Shown here: positions 29,861 through 39,672 of the stretch, piece after piece | Layout: each line of letters opens with the position of its first letter | Position numbering within the stretch: position 1 is the first letter of the stretch | Assembly (NCBI GenBank): GCA_964434605.1 | Contig: CAYSVM010000001.1 | Location: 54,011 to 118,010, forward strand | Origin: an uncultured Candidatus Saccharibacteria bacterium | Lineage (GTDB): Bacteria; Patescibacteriota; Kazan-3B-28 | DNA: 64,000 bases | Direction: 5' to 3' | The notes under the pieces: generated by a model | Told to the model about the DNA's origin: nothing | Databases searched by the model: none | Seen by the model: only the letters and a program-made list of their open reading frames with translations | Translations under genes and position numbers: made by a program

Positions 29861-30958
29861 ATGAAAAAATCTAAGAATTCGAATCGTCGCCGTCAAAAAA
29901 AACAAAAATCCCTTGGCTGGATTCTACCCGTTGCCGTAATCGTCGTAATTGGCCTTTTCGGTTGGTATGCACAAAAACAAGGAATCTTTTTTGGAGCAGA
30001 TGCTTCTACTTTGACTGGCAACACTCTGCAAGAACTTCAAGTTGATCCCACCAGCATTAGTCTTGCCGAAGGACAAAGCTCCTACGTTAATGCTACAGTC
30101 AAAGGTCTTTCTGCTTCTGCGGGAACTCCAACATACAAATGGATCAACGATGCACCTGGCACTAGCGTTGGAGTAAAAACAGCCCTCAGTAATACTTCCT
30201 CTAACCAAGTTCGAGTAACGGCTGTCTCGGCACCGAATAATGGTGGATGGAGTCTTCTAAAAGTTGTTGCGTCCTTCGGAAATACTACTAAAGAATTTGG
30301 TACTACCATTCGAGTTTCTCCTCGAAAAATTGCTTCAACCCAAATTGCTCCCGCTTCCAACTACCTCAAAGTTGCATTCGGGAAAAGCTTAACTTTAGAA
30401 GCAAGAGCTTTCGACGAAAAAGAAGGTGTAATAAATAACGCTCAAGTCCAATACAAGTGGAGAATCCAGAACGGAACAGCAAACGCAACCTTCCACAACC
30501 TTCGATCTACCGGTCCATCAGTACAAATTTGGCCTATAAATCCATCGGGTGGGCACTTCATTGTCTTCGTGGACGCTACCTATCGAGACACCACTGTATC
30601 AGCAGCACAATTTGTGTCTGTCATTGCCAAACCGGCTTTGGAATCTGTGGTGATAACGCCCAAGATGGGTACTTATTTCTCTGGGAATAAAACTCCATAC
30701 ACCTTCACCGCTCAAGCTTTTGATTCAGCTGGCAACAAGACAACGGCCACCTACACCTGGACAACATCCGGAATTCCAAGTTGGGCAAACCCAACTACTA
30801 CCCAGGGAATTCGTGCGGATGGCAGTGCATATCTGAATCTCAGCATGTACCTAGATCCAAACCGAGCTGGATGGGCTGGACCAATTTATGTCACAGCCAC
30901 TAGCGATGGTATTAGTAAATCGGATCACTCTTCCATTAATCTCGTGAAAAACACCTAA
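29861..30958 (+). CDS. Membrane-anchored surface protein with bacterial Ig-like (Big_2-type) repeats
   Basis: N-terminal basic region plus TM 'WILPVAVIVVIGLFGW'. Repeated 'xATxxAxSAP' Ig-like segments. Confidence 0.55.
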   Translation: MKKSKNSNRRRQKKQKSLGWILPVAVIVVIGLFGWYAQKQGIFFGADASTLTGNTLQELQVDPTSISLAEGQSSYVNATVKGLSASAGTPTYKWINDAPGTSVGVKTALSNTSSNQVRVTAVSAPNNGGWSLLKVVASFGNTTKEFGTTIRVSPRKIASTQIAPASNYLKVAFGKSLTLEARAFDEKEGVINNAQVQYKWRIQNGTANATFHNLRSTGPSVQIWPINPSGGHFIVFVDATYRDTTVSAAQFVSVIAKPALESVVITPKMGTYFSGNKTPYTFTAQAFDSAGNKTTATYTWTTSGIPSWANPTTTQGIRADGSAYLNLSMYLDPNRAGWAGPIYVTATSDGISKSDHSSINLVKNT

Positions 30959-31010
30959 TTCCTAAATAATTCTTGAACTTACAAAATTGCCCTTCGGGGC
31001 AATTTTGTTT

Positions 31011-31086
31011 TGGTGGACCGTACCGGATTCGAACCGGTGACCTCCTCGATGCCATCGAGGCGCTCTACCAGCTAAGCTAACGGCCC
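31011..31086 (-). tRNA. tRNA-Ala (GGC)
   Basis: Reverse complement is GGGCCGTTAGCTTAGCTGGTAGAGCGCCTCGATGGCATCGAGGAGGTCACCGGTTCGAATCCGGTACGGTCCACCA. It has the G3:U70 pair, anticodon loop aU-GGC-au, and an encoded CCA. Confidence 0.85.
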
Positions 31087-31761
31087 ATCCTGAATTATCC
31101 TAATTGCCTGCATGATATCCGTAAACAGATGAGCAGACAAGTAATCTATTCGACATACCCCCTTGTAATCAACTTTAGCAGTCGGCTTCCCTACAGTCCT
31201 CCTATCTACTTGGGGCTTGTAAAACTGCTTATTTGGTATACCTGTGATTCGTGCCCAAAACTTCTGTAATTTAGCAGGGTCTTGGTCTGCACGACACTGA
31301 ACTGTACAACGAAACTTAGACCCATCTAAAGAATAACAATATCTCAATAACTTTAAGTACAACTCAATGACTGCGGGGTCAGCATTACCAAAATACAACG
31401 AATCCTTTTTCCAGCTTTTACCCCCTTCACCTAAATAGAGCACAGCAAGAGCAATTTTGGCCACATCCTTGTTTCTGATTGTCTCCGCCAAATGCCGATT
31501 GCTTGTGAGTAAAGATTCTAGATACTCCCTTCTCCTAATGCGATTCACTTGAGCGGCCTTATCCCGTGCCTTCTGTAAATTCACTCGGTTTATTTCTCGT
31601 AACTTCTGATTATACCGATGGCCCAACTGAATATTGCGACACCAATAGTTCAATGTCCCCTTTGGGACTATAACACCCAGCCGTTTATTAATCTCGGCAT
31701 AAGTCATTCCTTCTGAACGAAATTCTTTAGCTCGTTCCTTGAGGGTAGTTGTACTGTTCAC
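31072..31761 (-). CDS. HTH-containing protein, possibly a LAGLIDADG-type homing-endonuclease-like protein
   Basis: N-terminal HTH 'MTYAEINKRLGVIVPKGTLNYW'. The internal 'LAVLYLGEGGKSW' resembles the LAGLIDADG/GxxDGEG motif. Its 3' end overlaps tRNA-Ala by 15 nt. Confidence 0.35.
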   Translation of the reverse strand: MNSTTTLKERAKEFRSEGMTYAEINKRLGVIVPKGTLNYWCRNIQLGHRYNQKLREINRVNLQKARDKAAQVNRIRRREYLESLLTSNRHLAETIRNKDVAKIALAVLYLGEGGKSWKKDSLYFGNADPAVIELYLKLLRYCYSLDGSKFRCTVQCRADQDPAKLQKFWARITGIPNKQFYKPQVDRRTVGKPTAKVDYKGVCRIDYLSAHLFTDIMQAIRIIQDGPLA

Positions 31762-31791
31762 CCTTTTATTGTACCACAGAGCATATACATG

Positions 31792-32199
31792 CTACACTTC
31801 AATCTTCTTCGCGATCTTACCCAGTATTGGCATCTCCCACTTTTTGTTTCGGAAGATAAAATATATTCCAATCATGCTTAACGCTACAAACAATATCCAA
31901 GCTGCCGCTCCCAAAACAGACACTAGACCAAAACTGGTTGTGGGCATAAGTGCTACCACGAAAGATTCAAGCATAAAGAGGACAAACCATACAACAACCT
32001 CGGCACCGAACAGCACCATGCCCTGTCTCGCATGGAAATAAACCTCATCTTGATCGTGACGCAGAATTAAAGGAATGATAAACATCACTGAGATATAAGA
32101 TAGGGCGGCAAAAACCTTATCCTCCCCACTCAAATGACCCGCACTATGAGTCGCCTGATGCTCCTCCTGATGCTCCCTAATTGGTTCTTGTTCTTTCAT
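31792..32199 (-). CDS. Small polytopic membrane protein (DUF4870-like)
   Basis: 'LSYISVMFIIPLI...HARQG' followed by further TM helices. 135 aa. Confidence 0.45.
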   Translation of the reverse strand: MKEQEPIREHQEEHQATHSAGHLSGEDKVFAALSYISVMFIIPLILRHDQDEVYFHARQGMVLFGAEVVVWFVLFMLESFVVALMPTTSFGLVSVLGAAAWILFVALSMIGIYFIFRNKKWEMPILGKIAKKIEV

Positions 32200-32211
32200 A
32201 GAATAGAGAAG

Positions 32212-33540
32212 TTACTTCTGTCGCTCCAATAATACCCTAGATTCTAAAATAATCAACGCCAGAGCCAAAAAGAATAAAAGACGACCTTGTTGGAAAGAAA
32301 CCGCCCAATGATCAACCAATCCAATAGTCAAAATACCCACCAATGGCATCCCCACCCACCATTCAGCCGGATTCCGCCTAATTACTCCTACCCACAACCA
32401 GATTACCGCCAATACAAACCATATCCAAATACCAAAACCAACTACACCGTTTTCAGCTATTAGTAGTAAGTAAATATTGTGTATGGGCTTATACACCCAA
32501 GCCAACTGGTTTGGTTCGATTTTTACAAGTGCTTGAGTATAGTTACCCGTACCAACCCCAAATATTTCATTACCCGCAAGAACTTGTTTCCAATCACCAA
32601 TACTCTCAACCCTATCCTCCACCGACTTTTGTTCCAACCGTGATTCAGTTGAGAACCTTTCGGTAATATTGGACCATTGCCAAGTAGCTGTCACCAATAT
32701 TCCGAACGTAACCGCAATCAAAGGTACCCACACCCACCTCTTTGTTCGCCAAAATCCAACAATTACTACTGTTAATAAGACCACCAAAGCCACCACCCAA
32801 CTCATCCTTGAAAAAGACAAGACCAATCCGATTCCAACAAGCACCGCAAACAAGAACAAAAAACTTTTTTGTTTTCTAGTTGCACTATTATACAACGCCC
32901 CTAACGGGATTACGGTAAATGCCATCAATCCCCCTAGTATATTGGGGTGTGGCAACATTCCTTCCGCTCGGATCTGCCGGCGAGCTTCATCTCCAACCAC
33001 CGCCACCCCTCCTTGATCGGGACTAAGTGGAGACTCACCTAAAATCTGCATTCCAAGATCGTGGTTAACCAGAAACTGACCAATTCCCCAAACCGCCTGG
33101 AAGACTGCACCCAAAACCAATGGCCACAAAACTTGGCACCAATCCCGTATATTATTGAATAAATAAATCACCCACCCAAACATTAGCCAGTAGTGAATTG
33201 CTTGTTGCAAACTATTCCCCCAATCCATCCCATACCAACTAGAAACGGTAATCCATGTCAGCCATAGAAGTAATGGACGCCAAACCAACCTATTGGGTAA
33301 AGAAACCTTGGGTCGACGAATAAACCACAACCCTAGCAAGATAAAAATCAGTAAGTCGGTGGCATACAAGTGAATGGAAGTATATTCAAAATAGTTCCCA
33401 CCGAGATTGGCAAAGTAAAAAGTGTGCCTCAACTGCCAGGGCAACATAAACAAAGACAGCCACAAAATTATTGCTTCAATCTTCCTCAGCCAGAAACTCT
33501 TCCACCACTGCTCTAAGATGATATCTCTTGTCATCGCCAA
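32212..33540 (-). CDS. O-antigen ligase / Wzy-like polytopic membrane protein
   Basis: At least 10 TM helices with a large loop containing 'SFSRMSWVV', similar to the SRGAW motif of O-antigen ligases. The true start may be an internal Met, which would avoid the 65-nt overlap upstream. Confidence 0.55.
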   Translation of the reverse strand: MAMTRDIILEQWWKSFWLRKIEAIILWLSLFMLPWQLRHTFYFANLGGNYFEYTSIHLYATDLLIFILLGLWFIRRPKVSLPNRLVWRPLLLWLTWITVSSWYGMDWGNSLQQAIHYWLMFGWVIYLFNNIRDWCQVLWPLVLGAVFQAVWGIGQFLVNHDLGMQILGESPLSPDQGGVAVVGDEARRQIRAEGMLPHPNILGGLMAFTVIPLGALYNSATRKQKSFLFLFAVLVGIGLVLSFSRMSWVVALVVLLTVVIVGFWRTKRWVWVPLIAVTFGILVTATWQWSNITERFSTESRLEQKSVEDRVESIGDWKQVLAGNEIFGVGTGNYTQALVKIEPNQLAWVYKPIHNIYLLLIAENGVVGFGIWIWFVLAVIWLWVGVIRRNPAEWWVGMPLVGILTIGLVDHWAVSFQQGRLLFFLALALIILESRVLLERQK

Positions 33541-34399
33541 AATGAATCTTTACTATCTGATCATTTACTAGCACTAATGGGTTCTGTCCAAATTTTTTCA
33601 CATTTTTATCAATAATACCTAATTGTTTTTTCTTTAGACCCGCTTCAATCTTGTCTCCCCAGCTTCCACCCAGAATCTTTTCTAATAATATTGTTATCCT
33701 AGAAGCTCCCCCCTTCACCTCCATTTCTGGCCTGTACTGTGGCGACCTGTATGCTACAGGCACCACATTCTTTAGCCACAAATTAGCTTGCCAAAACTTT
33801 CTAAAAAAGTCTGGCTGATAAACCGGGATGAAATCACATACCCAATATGCCAATAGGTAGTCGTTTGGGATACCAGATCGAGATAAATCCATTCCATCTT
33901 CACTCAAAAAAAGATCGGGAGAGATTTTTAAATACTTTTTTCGACCAGCCCGCCAACCCAGAAACTTTAACCACCACAAGATAATTGCCCGTACTGTCCA
34001 AAGTCGTCCCCTTCGAGCAACCACAAAAAAATCAATATCCGAATCCTTACCCACATTGTCGTGAGCCAGACTGTTCATTACTCCCACTAATTTCACAAAA
34101 GGAATCCACCTAAAGAGACCCGCCCTTCTTCGTGCCAATCTCCAAAACTTCTTTGCTAATTCTAAGTTACCGCTCTGTCTATTCCGGGGATCACCCCAAT
34201 AATATGTTCCCTCTATACTAGGCAAATCCAGCTCTTTTATCGCTTCTTTTATTTCTTCAAAAGACCAGTCCTCCTGCCATCCATAGCGCCGAAGCTGAGG
34301 TAATGTCAAAGTCCGTCCTCGGCTGGAGTAATCAGCTCCGAAGAACACCAAGGGTATCAATCGCTTCCTTATCCGACCCCCCATCAGTTTTTTGCCCAT
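33476..34399 (-). CDS. Hypothetical protein, possibly nucleotidyltransferase-fold
   Basis: 307 aa with a 'GKDSDIDFFVV' motif (G[SD]xD[IL]D, pol-beta-like NTase). It lies in a cluster of envelope-glycan genes. Confidence 0.4.
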   Translation of the reverse strand: MGKKLMGGRIRKRLIPLVFFGADYSSRGRTLTLPQLRRYGWQEDWSFEEIKEAIKELDLPSIEGTYYWGDPRNRQSGNLELAKKFWRLARRRAGLFRWIPFVKLVGVMNSLAHDNVGKDSDIDFFVVARRGRLWTVRAIILWWLKFLGWRAGRKKYLKISPDLFLSEDGMDLSRSGIPNDYLLAYWVCDFIPVYQPDFFRKFWQANLWLKNVVPVAYRSPQYRPEMEVKGGASRITILLEKILGGSWGDKIEAGLKKKQLGIIDKNVKKFGQNPLVLVNDQIVKIHFGDDKRYHLRAVVEEFLAEED

Positions 34400-34440
34400 T
34401 ACCTTTATGTTATCTTGAAGATACTAACTCTAACAAATCT

Positions 34441-35430
34441 ATGGCCAAACAAAGAGCCTTTTCAGGCATTCAACCCAGCGGCATTATCCACCTCGGCAAT
34501 TACCTCGGAGCTATTCTTCCTTGGGTGGAAATCCAGAACAAATACGAAAGCATTTTTTGCGTAGTAGATCTCCACGCTATTACCGTTCCTCAAGACCCCA
34601 AAGAACTAACCGAAAGCACTTACCTAACTACTGCAATTTATCTTGCCTCAGGAATTGACCCCAAGAAATCTATCATCTTTGTTCAGTCACAAATCCCTGC
34701 TCATACTGAACTAGCTTGGGTTCTCAACACCATTGCTCATATGGGCGAACTTTCTCGTATGACTCAATTCAAGGATAAATCTCAAAAAGGTAGTGTTGAA
34801 AATACTTCTGTTGGATTGTTCGATTACCCCGTGTTAATGGCTTCAGATATTTTATTGTATCAAGCGGGAGTTGTTCCTGTCGGCGAAGACCAGAAGCAAC
34901 ATGTTGAGCTAGCTCGCAACCTAGCAGAACGATTCAACAACCGCTTTGGAAAAACCTTTGTTGTCCCTAATCCGATAATTGGTAAAACGGGTGCCCGCAT
35001 TATGGCACTAGATAACCCGAATAGAAAAATGAGCAAGAGCGACCCTACAGGAAGTTACATCGCCCTAACTGATAGCCCTGATATAATTCGCAAAAAAATT
35101 ATGCGAGCCGTCACCGATTCTGGTAGTACGATTAAATTCGATCCCAAGCGAGAAGGACTATTCAATCTCCTCACCACCTACCAAATGCTTTCAAGAAAAA
35201 CTGAATCTCAAATCGAAAAACATTTTGCAGATAAGGGATATGGCGACTTCAAAAAAGAATTGGCTGAATTAGTTGTCGACTCTCTTGCCCCAATCCAGAA
35301 AAAAATCGACTACTTCATGAAGAACCGCCAACTTCTCGACCAAATACTAAAGACGGGAGCTCTCAAAGCTTCCCGTATTGCTAATCCCACTCTTACCGAA
35401 GTAAAAAAGAAAATTGGCTTCGTTAGCTAG
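34441..35430 (+). CDS. trpS: Tryptophanyl-tRNA synthetase
   Basis: 'GIQPSGIIHLGNYLGAI' HIGH-like region and KMSKS 'KMSKSDPTG'. The start was set at ATG 34441; the upstream in-frame extension is unlikely. Confidence 0.9.
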   Translation: MAKQRAFSGIQPSGIIHLGNYLGAILPWVEIQNKYESIFCVVDLHAITVPQDPKELTESTYLTTAIYLASGIDPKKSIIFVQSQIPAHTELAWVLNTIAHMGELSRMTQFKDKSQKGSVENTSVGLFDYPVLMASDILLYQAGVVPVGEDQKQHVELARNLAERFNNRFGKTFVVPNPIIGKTGARIMALDNPNRKMSKSDPTGSYIALTDSPDIIRKKIMRAVTDSGSTIKFDPKREGLFNLLTTYQMLSRKTESQIEKHFADKGYGDFKKELAELVVDSLAPIQKKIDYFMKNRQLLDQILKTGALKASRIANPTLTEVKKKIGFVS

Positions 35431-36197
35431 TCTATTTTTCTCACTCCCTCAAACTCGAAATTATATTCTACCAACTGCTCACCTTCTCGTTGGCGTAATT
35501 TATCGTGATGCCGTCTTTCTTCCAAGCACCACTTGATAAATTCGTCCGCATTCTGCTCCCTCAATGCCCGCACTATATTTTCAGTACAATTACGAAGCTC
35601 TTTCAAAGTATTAATTGTTTCCTCATCTCCCGCCAAAACCTTATTCACCACCTCCTCGTTTTTCAATCCACTATGAGCATATGCCTTCGAATAGAACGGA
35701 ATTGCCTTTTTTATTTTCTCCAGAAAATCTTGGTTTAAATCAGTCAGAGTTTCCACACTATATGCACCAGCTCGGTTAGTAATAATATTGAAACCTCCTC
35801 TGCTTGCCACAATTTGATCCTGGTATCCCCCAAGTACTCCCAATATTTTGTTTTCCACTTCGTAAGAAATCATCTCCGCCACCTCTCTATCTCCTGTCGC
35901 TGCAAACCCTAATGCCACCCCTAAAGCAGCACTTTGGGCAAATCCTCTAAACCCAAAAACATCTTCACTAATAGTGATTGTCTTGTTTTTCAGATTATAA
36001 ATGTTAGCGAGAAGCCTCGGAAGTTCTTCGTTCTTGGCATTTATTTTCAGACCTTCGCCATCCTCAATCTCAACAGTTACAAATTTATCAATCGCAGCAT
36101 TCACAGTATATCCCCCCACAATTGCGTTTATCGGGAATATATCTAATAGTCCTCCCCCAAAACAGACTCTCATTGGTGCCTTTACTCGAATAATCAT
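35427..36197 (-). CDS. GHMP-family sugar kinase-like protein (short)
   Basis: N-terminal 'RVKAPMRVCFGGGLLD' resembles the HddA/GHMP motif 'RAPLRISFAGGGTD'. At 256 aa it is shorter than typical GHMP kinases. Confidence 0.45.
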   Translation of the reverse strand: MIIRVKAPMRVCFGGGLLDIFPINAIVGGYTVNAAIDKFVTVEIEDGEGLKINAKNEELPRLLANIYNLKNKTITISEDVFGFRGFAQSAALGVALGFAATGDREVAEMISYEVENKILGVLGGYQDQIVASRGGFNIITNRAGAYSVETLTDLNQDFLEKIKKAIPFYSKAYAHSGLKNEEVVNKVLAGDEETINTLKELRNCTENIVRALREQNADEFIKWCLEERRHHDKLRQREGEQLVEYNFEFEGVRKID

Positions 36198-36213
36198 ACC
36201 CCCGCATTATACC

Positions 36214-36909
36214 CTAACCCCTCGCCACTACGACTCCCCAGACCGCCTTGGCCCCAGCGTTTTTGAGGGCTTGTGCTGCTGCCTCCAGAGTTGCTCCTGT
36301 AGTCATAACATCATCTACTAACAAGACCTTCTCTCCCCGTAAGTCCGCAGAAGACGAAAATGCTCTGTACACATTAGCCTGTCGCTCGAGTTGACTCAGC
36401 TTCGTCTGGGTCACAGTTGCACACACCTGTCTTAGCCAATTCGGCCGATACTCCACCCCTAGATATCTGGCAAGTTTTTTTGCAAGAAGATCTGTTTGGT
36501 TAAACCCTCTTCCGTGAAACTTGCTTGTATGCAAAGGCATAGGAACAACTACCCACCCTTCCCATTCCTGAGTCACAACTGCTTGAAATAAAATCCAGGA
36601 AAGAATTGTCGCTAAATCAGTCAGCCCGTTGTATTTAAGTTTGTGAACTAACTCTCGCATTGGTCCACCTTCGTAACTTGCCGCTACAATAACACCATCT
36701 AGATCGAGATACTTCTCACACTTCTCGCATGTTTTTCCATTCGCAGAAGCTCTACCACATCGACAACACACCTGTTCTCGCACCACAGAAATTTTCTCGG
36801 CACAATCCGTACACAACCAACCTCCTACCGTATTGCATCCTACACAAAAAGCCGGTGCAATTGCATCTCGAACAAATCTAACTAATTTACCTGGAACCGA
36901 TAGTAACAC
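36214..36909 (-). CDS. comFC: ComF family phosphoribosyltransferase (ComFC-like)
   Basis: N-terminal Cys4 'CVGCN...CTDCAEKI' and the C-terminal PRTase motif 'VLLVDDVMTTGATL'. Confidence 0.8.
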   Translation of the reverse strand: MLLSVPGKLVRFVRDAIAPAFCVGCNTVGGWLCTDCAEKISVVREQVCCRCGRASANGKTCEKCEKYLDLDGVIVAASYEGGPMRELVHKLKYNGLTDLATILSWILFQAVVTQEWEGWVVVPMPLHTSKFHGRGFNQTDLLAKKLARYLGVEYRPNWLRQVCATVTQTKLSQLERQANVYRAFSSSADLRGEKVLLVDDVMTTGATLEAAAQALKNAGAKAVWGVVVARG

Positions 36910-39184
36910 CAGTGTAATAGTAAGTCAAAATCTCCTGATAACTCTTTCCTTGCAAAGCCATATTCTTTGCTCCCCACTGAGCCATCCCCACGCCATGCCC
37001 CCAACCTTGTCCTGTAAAAACAAAATCTGCTCCCGAAGGAACAACGTCAAACTTCATACTTTTAATCTCATTATTGTTAGTTAGGTAGTCAAATGTCTTA
37101 GAAGATACCGGAACCGTACGCCCGCTTTGCAAAGTAAAAGTCACCGTCTTCACTCTGGATGAAGGGAAACGTTCTGTCACCGCCACTCCTGTAATTACAT
37201 CCCCACCCGAAACTATATTCAAAGTTTTATTAAATCGAGTCTGTAAATAATCTTGAGTAAGGGTTGCCGTCCATTCAATCGGCTTGGCATATGGATCTGG
37301 AACCGCTCGCAAATATGGGATTGTTTTTGTCCAAACATTTTCTACATTTTCTGTATATCCTCCACTATCTGAGAAATAATAGGCAGAAATTGGAGTACCG
37401 TTGTATCTAATAATCACTCCCCTAGTGGCTTCTGCTGCCGCACACAAACCAGGACGAGATTCTTCGTAATTGTAACCGTAATAGACTTGGTCTCTTGTGT
37501 CATCATAGATATCAAAAATATCAGCTATGGGAGCAGTCAACTTTATAAGAGCATAAGTGCGAGCCGCTACCATCTGGGCTTTCTGGGCTTCTACTGGCCA
37601 CCCTTCTGGAACCTCGGCAATTCCTTTCATATAATCTTCAAACTCCAGTACATTCACTACCCAAACATTTCCAGATATGCTCGACCTACGTACATCAATC
37701 ACTCCACGAAATGTGTTGTAACTACTGCCAATTCCACTAGTCTTCACCGTTAACAATGTTTTATTCAAAGGAATAAAACGTAACCAATCATTCACTGACT
37801 CGCCCGTATTCAAACTATATCCACCGTTAAAAGCAGTTGCCGTAATACTGCCACCAGAGACTTTTTTAACCAATCCCTTATCGCTCCCCCTCCGAATTAC
37901 AAAACTATCTCCCTGTACTGTAATTGGGTCGGTTGTCGAAGTAATCCCAACCCTAATTGGATCTTTAATCGTTAGCTCTTCTTCAACTACAAAATTCCAG
38001 TGTAGACCGCTATCATTCAGCCAAGTAATACCCTCTGCAACTGGACGAAAGTATTCCGTGTATTTCCCTATTTTATTCGGAGCCTTGATTACAAATTCAA
38101 AACGTCCAACTGCACCCGGAGCAATTTCTGCTGGAGTTAGCGCAACCACTCTATTCTTAGAGAGCCACGAACTATCTTGAAAAATACTTGCTCTATCCAA
38201 GCTCCGAGCTGTTCCAAGCTTAACCGCATTGAGACCACCGTTCTTCCAAATAGTATTACCAGTGTTCTTAATCTCTGCCCACAATATAGCCGTATCTCCC
38301 GGTGCCACAGACACGTCCCCCGCAGATTGATTCACCAACTCGGCAGACCAAATAGCCGGCACTACTTTTATTACTAGTGAAAACTTTACTGGTATCCATG
38401 CAGTCCCCTCCGCCACCAAACTAAATTCTTCTCTAAAAGTCCCCGTTTTCTTGGGAGCTTGCACTGTAAAAGTAAAATCACCACTACTCCCCGGTTGGAT
38501 TGCCATACCTGCCGACGTAACACGGTTCTTACTCAGCCAGCTAGAATGGTAAAAGTTACTTGTCCGATCATATGGAGAGCTAGTCCCTATCTTCACCGCT
38601 CCCGCTCCACCATTAGCCCAAACAGTGTCTCCTATATTCTTTACGTTTACAGTAACAGTCGCGCTTTCCTGCGCTTTCAATTCTACCGTCGAGATAGATT
38701 GGCTCACCAGTTCTCCCTTGAAAACCGCTGGTTGTACATTGATAGTCAAAGGAATAACAAGATTCAGCCAAGCTACCCTTTCCATTACCAATCCAAAGTT
38801 GTCTATCACCTTGCCCCTCCCTGTTGCTACTGCAGAAAAAACAAAATGAGCCGTTTCACCAGGCGCTACCGTTGCTTCTTGCATAGTCGCCGGTCTATTG
38901 TCTCCAATCCAGCCTTGTGTCCAAAATCTACTCTTGTGATCTCTTGGCCTGATTGTCCCCAAGTTTAAGGCATTATTACCACTGTTACTCCAAGTAGAAG
39001 TCCCTGTATTTTTCACTGCTACCGTAAAAGAAACTTCCATACCAACCTTTGCGGTGACTGGCGAATTAGTCGAAACTAGTTGCGCCCTAAGTTCCGTACC
39101 CTGTGCCAATACAAAAGAAGAGAGAGATAATAGCCCTCCCGCGATTAATACAAAGACCCCCAGAATGGTAATCAGTTTTTTCAT
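36887..39184 (-). CDS. SpoIID/LytB-domain protein with three N-terminal Ig-like beta-sandwich repeats
   Basis: Signal peptide. Three copies of a repeat of about 95 aa ('GT.RP.D..S.F....W...NR...PG....F.F...AP..G.Y.E.F..VAEG..W'). C-terminal SpoIID domain 'EDYMKGIAEVPEGWPVEAQKAQMVAARTYAL...YYFSDSGGYTE'. Confidence 0.8.
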   Translation of the reverse strand: MKKLITILGVFVLIAGGLLSLSSFVLAQGTELRAQLVSTNSPVTAKVGMEVSFTVAVKNTGTSTWSNSGNNALNLGTIRPRDHKSRFWTQGWIGDNRPATMQEATVAPGETAHFVFSAVATGRGKVIDNFGLVMERVAWLNLVIPLTINVQPAVFKGELVSQSISTVELKAQESATVTVNVKNIGDTVWANGGAGAVKIGTSSPYDRTSNFYHSSWLSKNRVTSAGMAIQPGSSGDFTFTVQAPKKTGTFREEFSLVAEGTAWIPVKFSLVIKVVPAIWSAELVNQSAGDVSVAPGDTAILWAEIKNTGNTIWKNGGLNAVKLGTARSLDRASIFQDSSWLSKNRVVALTPAEIAPGAVGRFEFVIKAPNKIGKYTEYFRPVAEGITWLNDSGLHWNFVVEEELTIKDPIRVGITSTTDPITVQGDSFVIRRGSDKGLVKKVSGGSITATAFNGGYSLNTGESVNDWLRFIPLNKTLLTVKTSGIGSSYNTFRGVIDVRRSSISGNVWVVNVLEFEDYMKGIAEVPEGWPVEAQKAQMVAARTYALIKLTAPIADIFDIYDDTRDQVYYGYNYEESRPGLCAAAEATRGVIIRYNGTPISAYYFSDSGGYTENVENVWTKTIPYLRAVPDPYAKPIEWTATLTQDYLQTRFNKTLNIVSGGDVITGVAVTERFPSSRVKTVTFTLQSGRTVPVSSKTFDYLTNNNEIKSMKFDVVPSGADFVFTGQGWGHGVGMAQWGAKNMALQGKSYQEILTYYYTGVTIGSR

Positions 39185-39270
39185 AAATCAGCATTTTCCA
39201 TTATATCCCAATCTTCATTCTTTCTCCTCCTCTTGCTGGGCTCACCCTGATATCCGATACTATTAGAGAT

Positions 39271-39672
39271 ATGTTACGAGATACCTTCTTCACAAAATCA
39301 GATCCCAAGGAAACAGACCCCTCCTTATCCGAAACATCCGAGCTAGAATTACCCGTAGATCTTCTTCGGGTCAAAGACAAGCTAATCGCCAGAACACCCA
39401 TAGTCGGGGTAGATATTAGCCGAGTTAGCGTATCTCTAGGGCAAAACCAACTCACCATTCATAAGGCGGCAGTTTCACCCACCCTCTTGGATGAACCAGA
39501 TCGGGTATATAGTGAAGAGTGTCACTGGGGAGAATTATCCCGCTCCATAGATCTACCCATGCCGGTAAACCCAGACAATACCAGAGCGTCCCTCCACGAT
39601 GGCATTCTTACTGTAATCATGCCAATCTTAAATCCCCAACACTCTAAAATTATCCGCATTAAAAAACCATGA
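39271..39672 (+). CDS. Hsp20/alpha-crystallin family small heat-shock protein
   Basis: Alpha-crystallin domain 'PIVGVDISRVSVSLGQNQLTIHKAAV...LPMPVNPDNTRASLHDGILTVIMP'. Confidence 0.8.
   Translation: MLRDTFFTKSDPKETDPSLSETSELELPVDLLRVKDKLIARTPIVGVDISRVSVSLGQNQLTIHKAAVSPTLLDEPDRVYSEECHWGELSRSIDLPMPVNPDNTRASLHDGILTVIMPILNPQHSKIIRIKKP

Noticed and set aside
34303-34440. 46-aa N-terminal extension of trpS, and a similar extension of murE at 60966
   Set aside because: These in-frame extensions overlap upstream genes and lack conservation. Canonical N-termini begin at the internal ATGs.
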